A stretch of 54,087 nt of DNA from a virus (lineage: Duplodnaviria > Caudoviricetes). Positions within the stretch are counted from its first letter, which is position 1, and each line of letters opens with the position of its first letter. Positions 8,544 to 16,369 of the stretch are shown in pieces. The stretch spans positions 1-54,087 of the IMG/VR virus record IMGVR_UViG_3300046777_000758. One strand, 5' to 3'. A model generated the notes under the pieces. The model worked only from the letters and a program-made list of their open reading frames with translations, was not told where the DNA came from and made no database searches. Position numbers and translations under genes: made by a program.

Positions 8544-9314
8544 TTATTTCTTTCTTGATTCCTTGACTGTTTCAGCCCATTTCATTGCCCATGTATGACA
8601 ATCTCCACATGATATTGCTTTTTCGTGTGGTGTACCGCATAAATAAACATTTTTCCATCCAGCAGCTCTGCCTGTAAAAGACCAAGCCATTGAATCAGAT
8701 GACACCAGTTTATCACCAAAAAGTGACAAACCATCTTTCTTTAGTCCAAAACCATGCATTTTAATTCCATAATTATACAGTTCAGTAACTAATTCATTAA
8801 CACCATTGACATTTGCTCTACGACAAAAAGAACCCATGCCAACAGTTTCATATTTTCTTAAATCTACGCCATATTCTTGATACATTTGTAAGTGTTTTAA
8901 ATAATCTGATGGTTCCCAACCTTGTAATACAGGAATTATTGGAAGATTATGCCCTAACTCTTTAAGTTCTAAAAAATTTTCGCATGATAATCTTTGATGC
9001 TCTTCAACAGTTTTACCTGTTTTAGCCATCATATGAGGTTCACACATCCAATCCTGTGGAGAAGCCCAATCCATCATGCCAATTTCTTCAGTTATTTTAT
9101 ATAATTCATCAACATATTGTTGTGGAGTTGTAACCCATTTGTCATATAAAGACAATTCAGTAAAACCACCACTATCACAAGACCATCTAGTTAAAGATTT
9201 TTTAAGTTTCTTATATTTACGGATGCGCCTAACTGAGACGAACAATGGGGTTGTATTTTGTTTTCCCCATAACCAAGATGGATTATTAGTCCCTACATAA
9301 AATTGAAATGACAC
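8544..9314 (-). CDS. tRNA-guanine-transglycosylase-fold (TGT/DpdA-like) protein
   Basis: TGT signature motifs DSGGF, QDWMCE, IPVLQG, VGMGS, HGFG and SSDSMAW; GTG start with SD GAGGA. Confidence 0.75.
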   Translation of the reverse strand: MSFQFYVGTNNPSWLWGKQNTTPLFVSVRRIRKYKKLKKSLTRWSCDSGGFTELSLYDKWVTTPQQYVDELYKITEEIGMMDWASPQDWMCEPHMMAKTGKTVEEHQRLSCENFLELKELGHNLPIIPVLQGWEPSDYLKHLQMYQEYGVDLRKYETVGMGSFCRRANVNGVNELVTELYNYGIKMHGFGLKKDGLSLFGDKLVSSDSMAWSFTGRAAGWKNVYLCGTPHEKAISCGDCHTWAMKWAETVKESRKK

Positions 9315-9317
9315 TAA

Positions 9318-10718
9318 TTATCCTCTGATGAGTTTAGCGAGTTCTTTACCAATCCACTCTGCTACAGGTGATGCAATTGCGTTTCCACACATTTTGTATC
9401 TATTGGTATCAGCAATCTTCTTACCAGTATAATCAACGGCTGTGTGATTGTCAGGGAAACCCATTAATCTTTCACATTCAATAGGAGTTAACCTTCTTAA
9501 AATTAATTCAGGAGTCATTACACCATGCTGGGATATTGTATCAAGAGTATAAGAAGGATCGCCTTCATCTCCAAAGCCTTTTCCTTGTGGACCGGCCTTA
9601 TCTGATCTACCAATAATTGTTCCTTGAATTGGGATAGCAATATGATCTGCTGAGTCAATACCAATACGCAATGTCCTATAGATATCTTCATTTAACTCAT
9701 TGTTATAGCCATCATAAGAATAGACAATCGGCTTTTCAATCCCAACAAGAGGCACTTGTCCACCACCAGTTCCCATTCTATGCTTAAGAGTTGGAACAAT
9801 ATCGTCATCGTAAACACGAACATCATTTACTCTTGTGCCATCAACAACAAGAACGGTTGCTCTTGATTCTCCAGTATTATCAAAACCATTAAGCGTTGGG
9901 GCTACTGCATTATCAACCCATGATTCATCATCGTTAACATTTTGCGCTCTCTTAGCTTTAACAAAAGGCTCAAGAACAAAGTTCATCTCTGGTCTTTTAT
10001 AATCAGATGCAGAAAGACTTACTCCTCCTTCTGACCACTTTCCATGTCCTGTTTTTCCATACCAGATAGCTTCATTAACGCTACTCTCAGCAGTTCTGGC
10101 AGACTGTTTCCTTTTCTTTCTGCCCTTCTTAATATCCCCATTGCTGTCTTCGGGGACAGGTAATATTTTTCCTCTACTTCGTTCAATGGTTGAAGAGTCC
10201 CAGCAAGCGATGACAAAGATTCTTCTTCTGCGTTGTGCGACTCCGAACCATTGTGCATCCAAGATGTGCCATTCAATTCCCAATGCCCCGATGTTAGCCA
10301 TTTGGTTGATGACTTCTGCGAAATCTTCTCCCTTATTACTTGTGAGGGCGCCTGGTACATTTTCCCAGATTGCCCATTTTGGAAATTCTCCATTTGTTGC
10401 TTCTCTCATTTCTCTAATTATTCTTATACCTTCAAAGTATAATCCTGAACGATCTCCATCCAGACCTGAACGCTTACCTGCTACAGATAAGTCTTGACAT
10501 GGTGAACCGAATGATATTAAATCAACCGGTGGTAAATCTGCACCATTTACATCTCTTACATCTTCAAATTTTGGAACATCCGGCCAATGCCTTTTAAGAA
10601 CACTTTGACAATGCTTATCCCATTCAACTTGGAATGAGCAGTCCCAACCAGCAGAATCAAATCCTAAGTCAAAACCACCTACTCCAGCGAACAGGCTTCC
10701 ATATGTTAATTTTTTCAT
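9318..10718 (-). CDS. dcm: DNA (cytosine-5) methyltransferase with long modular variable region
   Basis: Motif I FAGVGG, IV GSPCQ, VI ENV, VIII QRRRR, IX RRLTPIECERLMGFP, X YKMCGNA. Confidence 0.93.
   Translation of the reverse strand: MKKLTYGSLFAGVGGFDLGFDSAGWDCSFQVEWDKHCQSVLKRHWPDVPKFEDVRDVNGADLPPVDLISFGSPCQDLSVAGKRSGLDGDRSGLYFEGIRIIREMREATNGEFPKWAIWENVPGALTSNKGEDFAEVINQMANIGALGIEWHILDAQWFGVAQRRRRIFVIACWDSSTIERSRGKILPVPEDSNGDIKKGRKKRKQSARTAESSVNEAIWYGKTGHGKWSEGGVSLSASDYKRPEMNFVLEPFVKAKRAQNVNDDESWVDNAVAPTLNGFDNTGESRATVLVVDGTRVNDVRVYDDDIVPTLKHRMGTGGGQVPLVGIEKPIVYSYDGYNNELNEDIYRTLRIGIDSADHIAIPIQGTIIGRSDKAGPQGKGFGDEGDPSYTLDTISQHGVMTPELILRRLTPIECERLMGFPDNHTAVDYTGKKIADTNRYKMCGNAIASPVAEWIGKELAKLIRG
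10019..10360 (-). CDS. Nested alternative-frame ORF, probable methyltransferase beta polypeptide (M.EcoHK31I-beta-like)
   Basis: +1 frame inside dcm; the ATG lies within the ENV codons (GAA AAT GTA); contains SLSSL...KYYLSPKTAMGILRRAERKGNSLPELLRVAL, which I recognise as that family's pattern. Confidence 0.68.
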   Translation of the reverse strand: MYQAPSQVIREKISQKSSTKWLTSGHWELNGTSWMHNGSESHNAEEESLSSLAGTLQPLNEVEEKYYLSPKTAMGILRRAERKGNSLPELLRVALMKLSGMEKQDMESGQKEE

Positions 10719-11353
10719 TTTTTACCTTCTATAATTGAATTCATAATTTCAAGACCTAAAGCATAAGGTATTCGTGATCTATCTTTTGCACCTTTAATTC
10801 CTTGTGTACCAGTCATTGAACCTCTAGGTGCAGAGACATGGCATGGGTCACCATTTTTACAAGCAGTACGAGGTGTCCAATTTAAAACTTCACCCCATAA
10901 GTCTGTAGGCTTCATTCTTTCTTCTCCATATGAACAATATGTAACTGTATTTCTAGGCAACCCCTGAACAGCAGGAAGTTTGCGTAAGAGTCCTCTTGGA
11001 TTTTCAATAAGATAGCCATAAGTTGGTTTTAATTCCTCTATTAACTTTCTAACATGAGTTACGAGTTCTTGACTTTTTAATGCCATTTCTGTCTTTGGAA
11101 TATAACCACCTTTTCCACCTCCCCAATGATAACCGATAGATGCAACACTAAAAGCTGTGCATGGTGGTGAAGCCCAAATAAAATCCGGAGTACCATACTT
11201 CTCAAGTAACCATTCACTTGTGATATCAAACATATCAACAGTATGCGTTGCTTTGAATTCAGGATTTAATTCAAATGAAATAACTGTGTGACCAGCATCT
11301 GCGAAAGCCTGCGTTGATGAACCAGTTCCTGCAAAGAAATCAAATATGAGCAT
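10715..11353 (-). CDS. Short C5-type DNA methyltransferase-like protein
   Basis: Motif I DFFAGTGS, IV WASPPC, VI IENP, then KPTDLW and RSRIP..L; lacks a canonical long TRD. Confidence 0.78.
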   Translation of the reverse strand: MLIFDFFAGTGSSTQAFADAGHTVISFELNPEFKATHTVDMFDITSEWLLEKYGTPDFIWASPPCTAFSVASIGYHWGGGKGGYIPKTEMALKSQELVTHVRKLIEELKPTYGYLIENPRGLLRKLPAVQGLPRNTVTYCSYGEERMKPTDLWGEVLNWTPRTACKNGDPCHVSAPRGSMTGTQGIKGAKDRSRIPYALGLEIMNSIIEGKK

Positions 11354-11748
11354 TACTTTCCTTTAAATACGATAACTGCGGATGGGAAAGGAGCATTATA
11401 TATCGCTCCTTGGAATCTTAGCCTACCTTTGATAAAACGAATTTCATCGGCTTCCATCACATAAGTATGCCACCATTTCGTGTCGGTACGGCTAGGAATT
11501 AGAAAAACAGATGTTTTTCCTTTCTCTTGCTCTAAAACAGCCTTCTCTAACCATTTTGCAATTATGTTTCCATATGGGGGATTTACAAAGTTGCATTTAC
11601 CCCATTCAATCAATAAACCATCAAACTGAGGGTCTGGAGGACATGGATCGAAATCAAAATTAAATTCTTCATTTAGCTTTTGATAAAACAACTCTGGAGT
11701 TTTCCAGTTATCTTTATGTGATGTAAAATGAACACGATTCTTATTCAT
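11353..11748 (-). CDS. Phage DNA N6-adenine methyltransferase (phage Dam family)
   Basis: WKTP, FDFDPC, FVNPPY, PSRTDT.WW and RFIKGRL.F motifs; ATG 11748 or GTG 11754. Confidence 0.88.
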   Translation of the reverse strand: MNKNRVHFTSHKDNWKTPELFYQKLNEEFNFDFDPCPPDPQFDGLLIEWGKCNFVNPPYGNIIAKWLEKAVLEQEKGKTSVFLIPSRTDTKWWHTYVMEADEIRFIKGRLRFQGAIYNAPFPSAVIVFKGK

Positions 11749-12040
11749 AATCACTATCTTTAATTAGCTCTTTGAAGACATGCCATTCAATAATGGCAAC
11801 CTTAACATCAGAATCTTCACCTAGAACCACTGAGATACAAGGATACTTATGATTTTGTTTCCAAGCATCTTTTCTCATTTTAATCCACGCTGTTCTTGTG
11901 AGGGTGAAAGAGGCACCATTATGTTTGTAGTCTAGCAGGAATTCATGGAATTCTGCATCGCCTTTCTTAAAGCCTCTGCCTGAGTTTTTTACAGGCTTTG
12001 CTTTATCTTTTTTAATTTCTTCTTTTTCTGTTCTTTTCAT
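11741..12040 (-). CDS. Small PD-(D/E)XK Holliday-junction-resolvase-like nuclease
   Basis: NSGRG..KGD....FLLDYK pattern. Confidence 0.65.
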   Translation of the reverse strand: MKRTEKEEIKKDKAKPVKNSGRGFKKGDAEFHEFLLDYKHNGASFTLTRTAWIKMRKDAWKQNHKYPCISVVLGEDSDVKVAIIEWHVFKELIKDSDYE

Positions 12041-12043
12041 CTA

Positions 12044-12463
12044 TTAATCCTCTATAAGTTTATTAATATAATAATATTTATTATAAAATTCTTTATTAAT
12101 AATCTCAGCCATTTCATTTAAAAGGCTGGAACCAGATTCTCTGTATATATCAGTAACATCATTCATTGGAGAATTTTTATTTAAATCTTTAATAGCCCTT
12201 CTCCCATACTTATAATAATATATGCATCTTTCATGGTTCAAATGCATTAATTGTTTTTTAATTAATAAAAAATTAAGTCCACCAAAATTATATTTTGTAT
12301 ATCCAATTCTATAACTAAAACATGGAATTTGTTGGTTTATTACATCATATATAAATATACATTTATCATAAATTTTAAAACGAAAAACTCCTGTGTAAAA
12401 ATCTTCTGATGTTCTACCAAACCCAAACATATTTATTTTAAAAATTTTATTTATAATGGCCAT
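12044..12463 (-). CDS. Hypothetical protein, AT-rich
   Basis: 139-aa ORF filling the gap; rich in Ile/Lys/Tyr/Asn; no recognised motif. Confidence 0.55.
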   Translation of the reverse strand: MAIINKIFKINMFGFGRTSEDFYTGVFRFKIYDKCIFIYDVINQQIPCFSYRIGYTKYNFGGLNFLLIKKQLMHLNHERCIYYYKYGRRAIKDLNKNSPMNDVTDIYRESGSSLLNEMAEIINKEFYNKYYYINKLIED

Positions 12464-12897
12464 ACATACTCAGGTTCTTCAATCGGTTGTTCATTAACAT
12501 CATCAAATTTATCATAGTACCAATCCCATTGTTTCCAAGATAGTTTGAGTCTATGAGACTTATGAATATCTTCACGACCAAACCAATCTGGCATTACTAG
12601 CTTATCATAGTTTACAATCTCAAACTGCATCGTGTTGTTATAACCACGCTTAATCCACTCTTCTACGGAGATATTGAAATACAACTTCATTGCTTCCTCA
12701 TAACCTCTCCACATACGAGTTACAACATGTTTTTCCCATCCATAATAGAATGTTCCATCTTTCTTTATCTTTGGCTTCGCACGACCTAGAAGGACATTTA
12801 AAACCTGATGTGTCTCTACACGCTGCTTTCCAAGTCTTTTATAATCAAGAACTTGAAGTGATTCTCTGAAATCCGGATATGGTAAAAATGTTTGCAT
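12451..12897 (-). CDS. Pyrimidine-dimer DNA glycosylase-like protein (DenV/MSMEG_6728-type)
   Basis: MQTFLPY.DF..S...LD..RLGKQRVE, H....MWRGY, EW..RGY, P.W.G...H.SH and Y.WP motifs; SD AGGGAG. Confidence 0.82.
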   Translation of the reverse strand: MQTFLPYPDFRESLQVLDYKRLGKQRVETHQVLNVLLGRAKPKIKKDGTFYYGWEKHVVTRMWRGYEEAMKLYFNISVEEWIKRGYNNTMQFEIVNYDKLVMPDWFGREDIHKSHRLKLSWKQWDWYYDKFDDVNEQPIEEPEYVWPL

Positions 12898-12925
12898 ATG
12901 CGCTCCCTATGTAGTTGGTGCGAAA

Positions 12926-12934
12926 AATATACCA
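12926..12934 (-). promoter_or_regulatory. Extended -10 element TGgTATATT
   Basis: In the intergenic gap upstream of the glycosylase gene. Confidence 0.5.
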
Positions 12935-12945
12935 CAACAATTTAA

Positions 12946-14253
12946 TTAGGGGCTGTAGAAGGGGTCAATTTCTTTTATCTCATCTCTGTAGAAGGGGTCA
13001 ATTTCTTTTATTTCGTCTTCTGTTGCTCTTCTAAAGACCCCAGATGTAATGAGCGATAGAACTGATGTATTTGGAACTTGAAAAATCCTGTTATCTTTAT
13101 CAAATCTAAATCCATTGTGTGTTGCATAAGCACCTTGACCTGTGTAATACACATATGGATCTTCAGTTTTTTTAAATTTCTTAGATGGCTTTAGCATCCC
13201 TATGCCGACCCTTTTTATCAAACTGTTAATCATTTCGTCACACTTTGTTTGCCAATTATATTCATTATAAACATCATTTGCTTGCTCATAAAAATAATTA
13301 CATTGATCTTCAAAATTATCTACAGCATTTTTCATTAAATAAAGAAGTGAATCATATTCAGCGAGAACAACTTCTCCATAGTGATATCCAGTATGCTGCG
13401 TTTTCCCAAATTTTGATTCAATAACATTACCACCAAGATATTTTTCATAAGAACACCAGCGACCTGTTGAAATTGTTGGCATTCCAGTAGCAAGAGCCTG
13501 AAGTGGAATAAAACCAAACCCTTCTCCTTCAGATGGATAAATTAGAATATCGTGAGAGTAAAATAAATCAACCATATCTTTTTGAGATAAAGTTTCATAT
13601 ATTCTACTTATATTGCCATCAGTATATCGTCTATCTAATTGCTCAATAGAAAATATAGGAGTTCTTTCAGTCCCATGATGTTTAAATGTTATTTCAACAT
13701 TTGAATTATTCTTAAACAACTCTAAGAACGCCTTTTCAACAAGATCCGCTCTCTTTCTTGGACTATCAGAATCAACATGTAGAAATCTAATCTTGTTACC
13801 TTTGCCTCTACGCTTTGGCTTCCACATATCATCAATACCATGTTCAAAAACATATGTAGGAGTTGTAACTCCTGAATTAACTACAGCGTCTTGAGCAAAA
13901 TAATTGCCTACCCAAATTTCATCAGCCTGATTCATTGAATCAATCCAATGAGGCCATACCTTAGTTGCCTCTAAATGAGTACCATAAATCTTGTATTGGT
14001 GATCATAAAATTTCTTAAAGTCCGGGCTTCTAAGATTTGTCATTGTCTTCTGGTTATACCATTCAGGTTCCATATAAAACATCTGAATCGGTGCTTCAGG
14101 AGAATTTTGTACAGCCCTCATCTTTTTATTACGATAAGTAAACTGATTAAAATGTTTTGTTATTCTGTTATAACCATAGGCATAACCAAATATATCAACC
14201 GCATCTTTAACATGCTGGTCTGTGTGTAAAGAAAATATTAGTTCGTCAGTCAT
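12946..14253 (-). CDS. Glycosyltransferase, GT-B/GT4 family
   Basis: LEATK...W...MNQADEIW, PRK and IYPSEGEGFGFIPLQALATGMPTI motifs; start set to ATG 14253 (TAATG coupling). Confidence 0.88.
   Translation of the reverse strand: MTDELIFSLHTDQHVKDAVDIFGYAYGYNRITKHFNQFTYRNKKMRAVQNSPEAPIQMFYMEPEWYNQKTMTNLRSPDFKKFYDHQYKIYGTHLEATKVWPHWIDSMNQADEIWVGNYFAQDAVVNSGVTTPTYVFEHGIDDMWKPKRRGKGNKIRFLHVDSDSPRKRADLVEKAFLELFKNNSNVEITFKHHGTERTPIFSIEQLDRRYTDGNISRIYETLSQKDMVDLFYSHDILIYPSEGEGFGFIPLQALATGMPTISTGRWCSYEKYLGGNVIESKFGKTQHTGYHYGEVVLAEYDSLLYLMKNAVDNFEDQCNYFYEQANDVYNEYNWQTKCDEMINSLIKRVGIGMLKPSKKFKKTEDPYVYYTGQGAYATHNGFRFDKDNRIFQVPNTSVLSLITSGVFRRATEDEIKEIDPFYRDEIKEIDPFYSP
12953..13018. repeat. Tandem duplication, 2 x 33 bp
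   Basis: CTGTAGAAGGGGTCAATTTCTTTTATYTCRTCT twice, 31/33 identical; encodes DEIKEIDPFY twice. Confidence 0.95.
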
Positions 14254-14375
14254 TATTCCCAAAAGTAACCATCGTCTTCAGCTTTTCCAATTGAATTAGC
14301 AATCATGCCAAGAATAGCGACTGTAAGACCCGTTACTGTGATAAACCCAAATACTAATTTCATCAAGATCTTCAT
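14253..14375 (-). CDS. 40-aa single-pass membrane peptide MKILMKLVFGFITVTGLTVAILGMIANSIGKAEDDGYFWE (absent from the ORF track)
   Basis: ATGA overlap with the recA stop and TAATG overlap with the next start; about 20-residue hydrophobic stretch. Confidence 0.75.
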   Translation of the reverse strand: MKILMKLVFGFITVTGLTVAILGMIANSIGKAEDDGYFWE

Positions 14376-15286
14376 CCTAATATTTTAGCACTAATTTCCT
14401 TAATCTGTTCATCGGTAAGCTCAATCTTTCCCATACCATTCCACTTCTGTTCTCCATAGAAGAACCAAGCTCCTCTGCGTTCAATTACATTCATCTCAAT
14501 GGCAATGTCAAGCAATTCACGATACTTGTCAATCATACCCTCTTGAGGGAGAACATAATATTGACCATGAGTGCCAATACTAGGGATCTGCTTTGTCTTT
14601 TCAATTGTCCAAGTAACCTTCTGAGAGGTGATCATGTTTGTATCATCTCTTTCCATTTCCTTAGAAGACATGGAAAGGAACAACTTAACAATGTTATGCA
14701 TATTATGATGAACTGTATTGCCCATCTTTGCTTTTGTTACTGCATACATTCCTGACAGATCAATTGTCTGGTGAGCAACAAAGATCATCATGTTTCTCTC
14801 TTTATGGAGATAATTAACGAGCTTCTGCAAAAGGAACCCCTGTGAACGAGATTGAAGCCCCATTGCCTTACCGCCCTCTGGCTTGTCATAAAACTCTTCC
14901 TTGATGATGTTAGAAAGAGAGTCAAACAAGAAGATATGCTTTTCTTCTTCATGGGTGAGGTATGGATGGATATTCTTCAGAATGTCTTCAACTACTGTTG
15001 ATTGAATAACTACAATGTCATCAATATCAATACCGCACTTGGCAGCGTATTCTTCATTGAATGAATATTCTGAGTCAACGATGACCGGTCTAAAACCTCT
15101 GCTCTGCGCTTCAGCCAAAATACGGAAACACATTGTTGACTTACCTACTGATGGAGTACCCCAAAATAAATGAGTTGCCCCTGTGTTAAGACCTCCACCT
15201 AACGCACGATTAAGCCCAACACTGGGGGTTGGGATAACCTCATGCACTGGCATATGGTCGCCTTTTCTTTTATCTACTACTAGCAT
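14372..15286 (-). CDS. recA: RecA/UvsX-like recombinase
   Basis: LNRALGGG, Walker A GTPSVGKS, VDSE, FLFDSL and RRGAWF..G...W.G motifs. Confidence 0.9.
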   Translation of the reverse strand: MLVVDKRKGDHMPVHEVIPTPSVGLNRALGGGLNTGATHLFWGTPSVGKSTMCFRILAEAQSRGFRPVIVDSEYSFNEEYAAKCGIDIDDIVVIQSTVVEDILKNIHPYLTHEEEKHIFLFDSLSNIIKEEFYDKPEGGKAMGLQSRSQGFLLQKLVNYLHKERNMMIFVAHQTIDLSGMYAVTKAKMGNTVHHNMHNIVKLFLSMSSKEMERDDTNMITSQKVTWTIEKTKQIPSIGTHGQYYVLPQEGMIDKYRELLDIAIEMNVIERRGAWFFYGEQKWNGMGKIELTDEQIKEISAKILG

Positions 15287-15287
15287 T

Positions 15288-15776
15288 TTATTTCCTTTCC
15301 AATACTATTAATCTTCTTTTATTATGAGGAGTGAAACCGGGTGTTTCAACATCACAAATTTCAAAATGCATTACTGTTATCAACTTCTTATTAGTTGCTT
15401 TCATCATCATCTCTACTTGCTGAACACTTGGGTCATGGTCTATTGAATGTTCTAGAATTAAAACCTTACAGCGATCGGCTAAACTCATAAAAGCATTCCA
15501 TTCGCTTTCATCACTACCCTCAATTTCAAGACCCAATGCTATCACACCGCAGTCTTCTATGTCGTAATAATAAGGCTCTTTTACCCATTCAGCAACAGTT
15601 CCATGATAAGAATTATCCATTGAACCAAGAGGGTCAATTGCAGTAACATTATCCCAATCAATTGTGTGCTTATAAGCTCCTACATCAATAATTCCGGTAA
15701 CATCTTTTAGGTAATATTCACAGATATAATGCCTTATTTTATACTGACTTGTTAAAAGATATTCCCATCTATCCAT
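15288..15776 (-). CDS. Hypothetical protein, possible degenerate class I SAM-dependent methyltransferase
   Basis: IIDVGA followed by AIDP and a late VLILE strand; weak match. Confidence 0.5.
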   Translation of the reverse strand: MDRWEYLLTSQYKIRHYICEYYLKDVTGIIDVGAYKHTIDWDNVTAIDPLGSMDNSYHGTVAEWVKEPYYYDIEDCGVIALGLEIEGSDESEWNAFMSLADRCKVLILEHSIDHDPSVQQVEMMMKATNKKLITVMHFEICDVETPGFTPHNKRRLIVLERK

Positions 15777-16369
15777 TACAAACCAACTCTTGGCATAATC
15801 AATGCTGTACCACAGCCAATTGGGAAATTAACAATATCGTGTCCATTATCTCTAGCCCAATCTACTGAAGCATGATACGAACCAATTGGGGGATGATTAC
15901 CATCTGAAGGATTAAAGGTATCGTGTACCGTAATAGCCCATTTATTACCATTCATTCTGGCTCCGTAGTTAGACAAATCCTTATAGATTTGGTCATATGA
16001 ATGATCAGCATCAACATGTAAATAATCAATATTATTAAATAAATCTACTGCATCATCTGTTAAAGCCTTGATACGAAGAATTTCTGGATAATTATCAATC
16101 CCGCCTTCATAATTTGGTCTACCCCAAGGGCCGATATCTGCATCAACAAGTGAAATATCAATTCCATAGATAAGATTTTCAGCAATTAAATCCTGTTGTG
16201 CCTTATACATCATTTTGGGAACAAAACCAGCACCAGATCCAAGACATACACATCGTGACGCTTTTAGCACATATGGTAATCCATAATAGAAGAAACCCAT
16301 TCCGGGGTTTTTCCCCTCAGCGCCATGTGACTCCGACCATTTTGTAGTGGCAATGATTTCATCAAACAT
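15776..16369 (-). CDS. Class I SAM-dependent methyltransferase (Methyltransf_24-like)
   Basis: CLGSGAG, IDYLHVDADHSY and ITVHD motifs. Confidence 0.78.
   Translation of the reverse strand: MFDEIIATTKWSESHGAEGKNPGMGFFYYGLPYVLKASRCVCLGSGAGFVPKMMYKAQQDLIAENLIYGIDISLVDADIGPWGRPNYEGGIDNYPEILRIKALTDDAVDLFNNIDYLHVDADHSYDQIYKDLSNYGARMNGNKWAITVHDTFNPSDGNHPPIGSYHASVDWARDNGHDIVNFPIGCGTALIMPRVGL

Noticed and set aside
8544-9314. Calling the TGT-fold gene tgt or dpdA outright
   Set aside because: Motifs support the fold but not the substrate, and no precursor-synthesis genes lie in the window, so no symbol was assigned.
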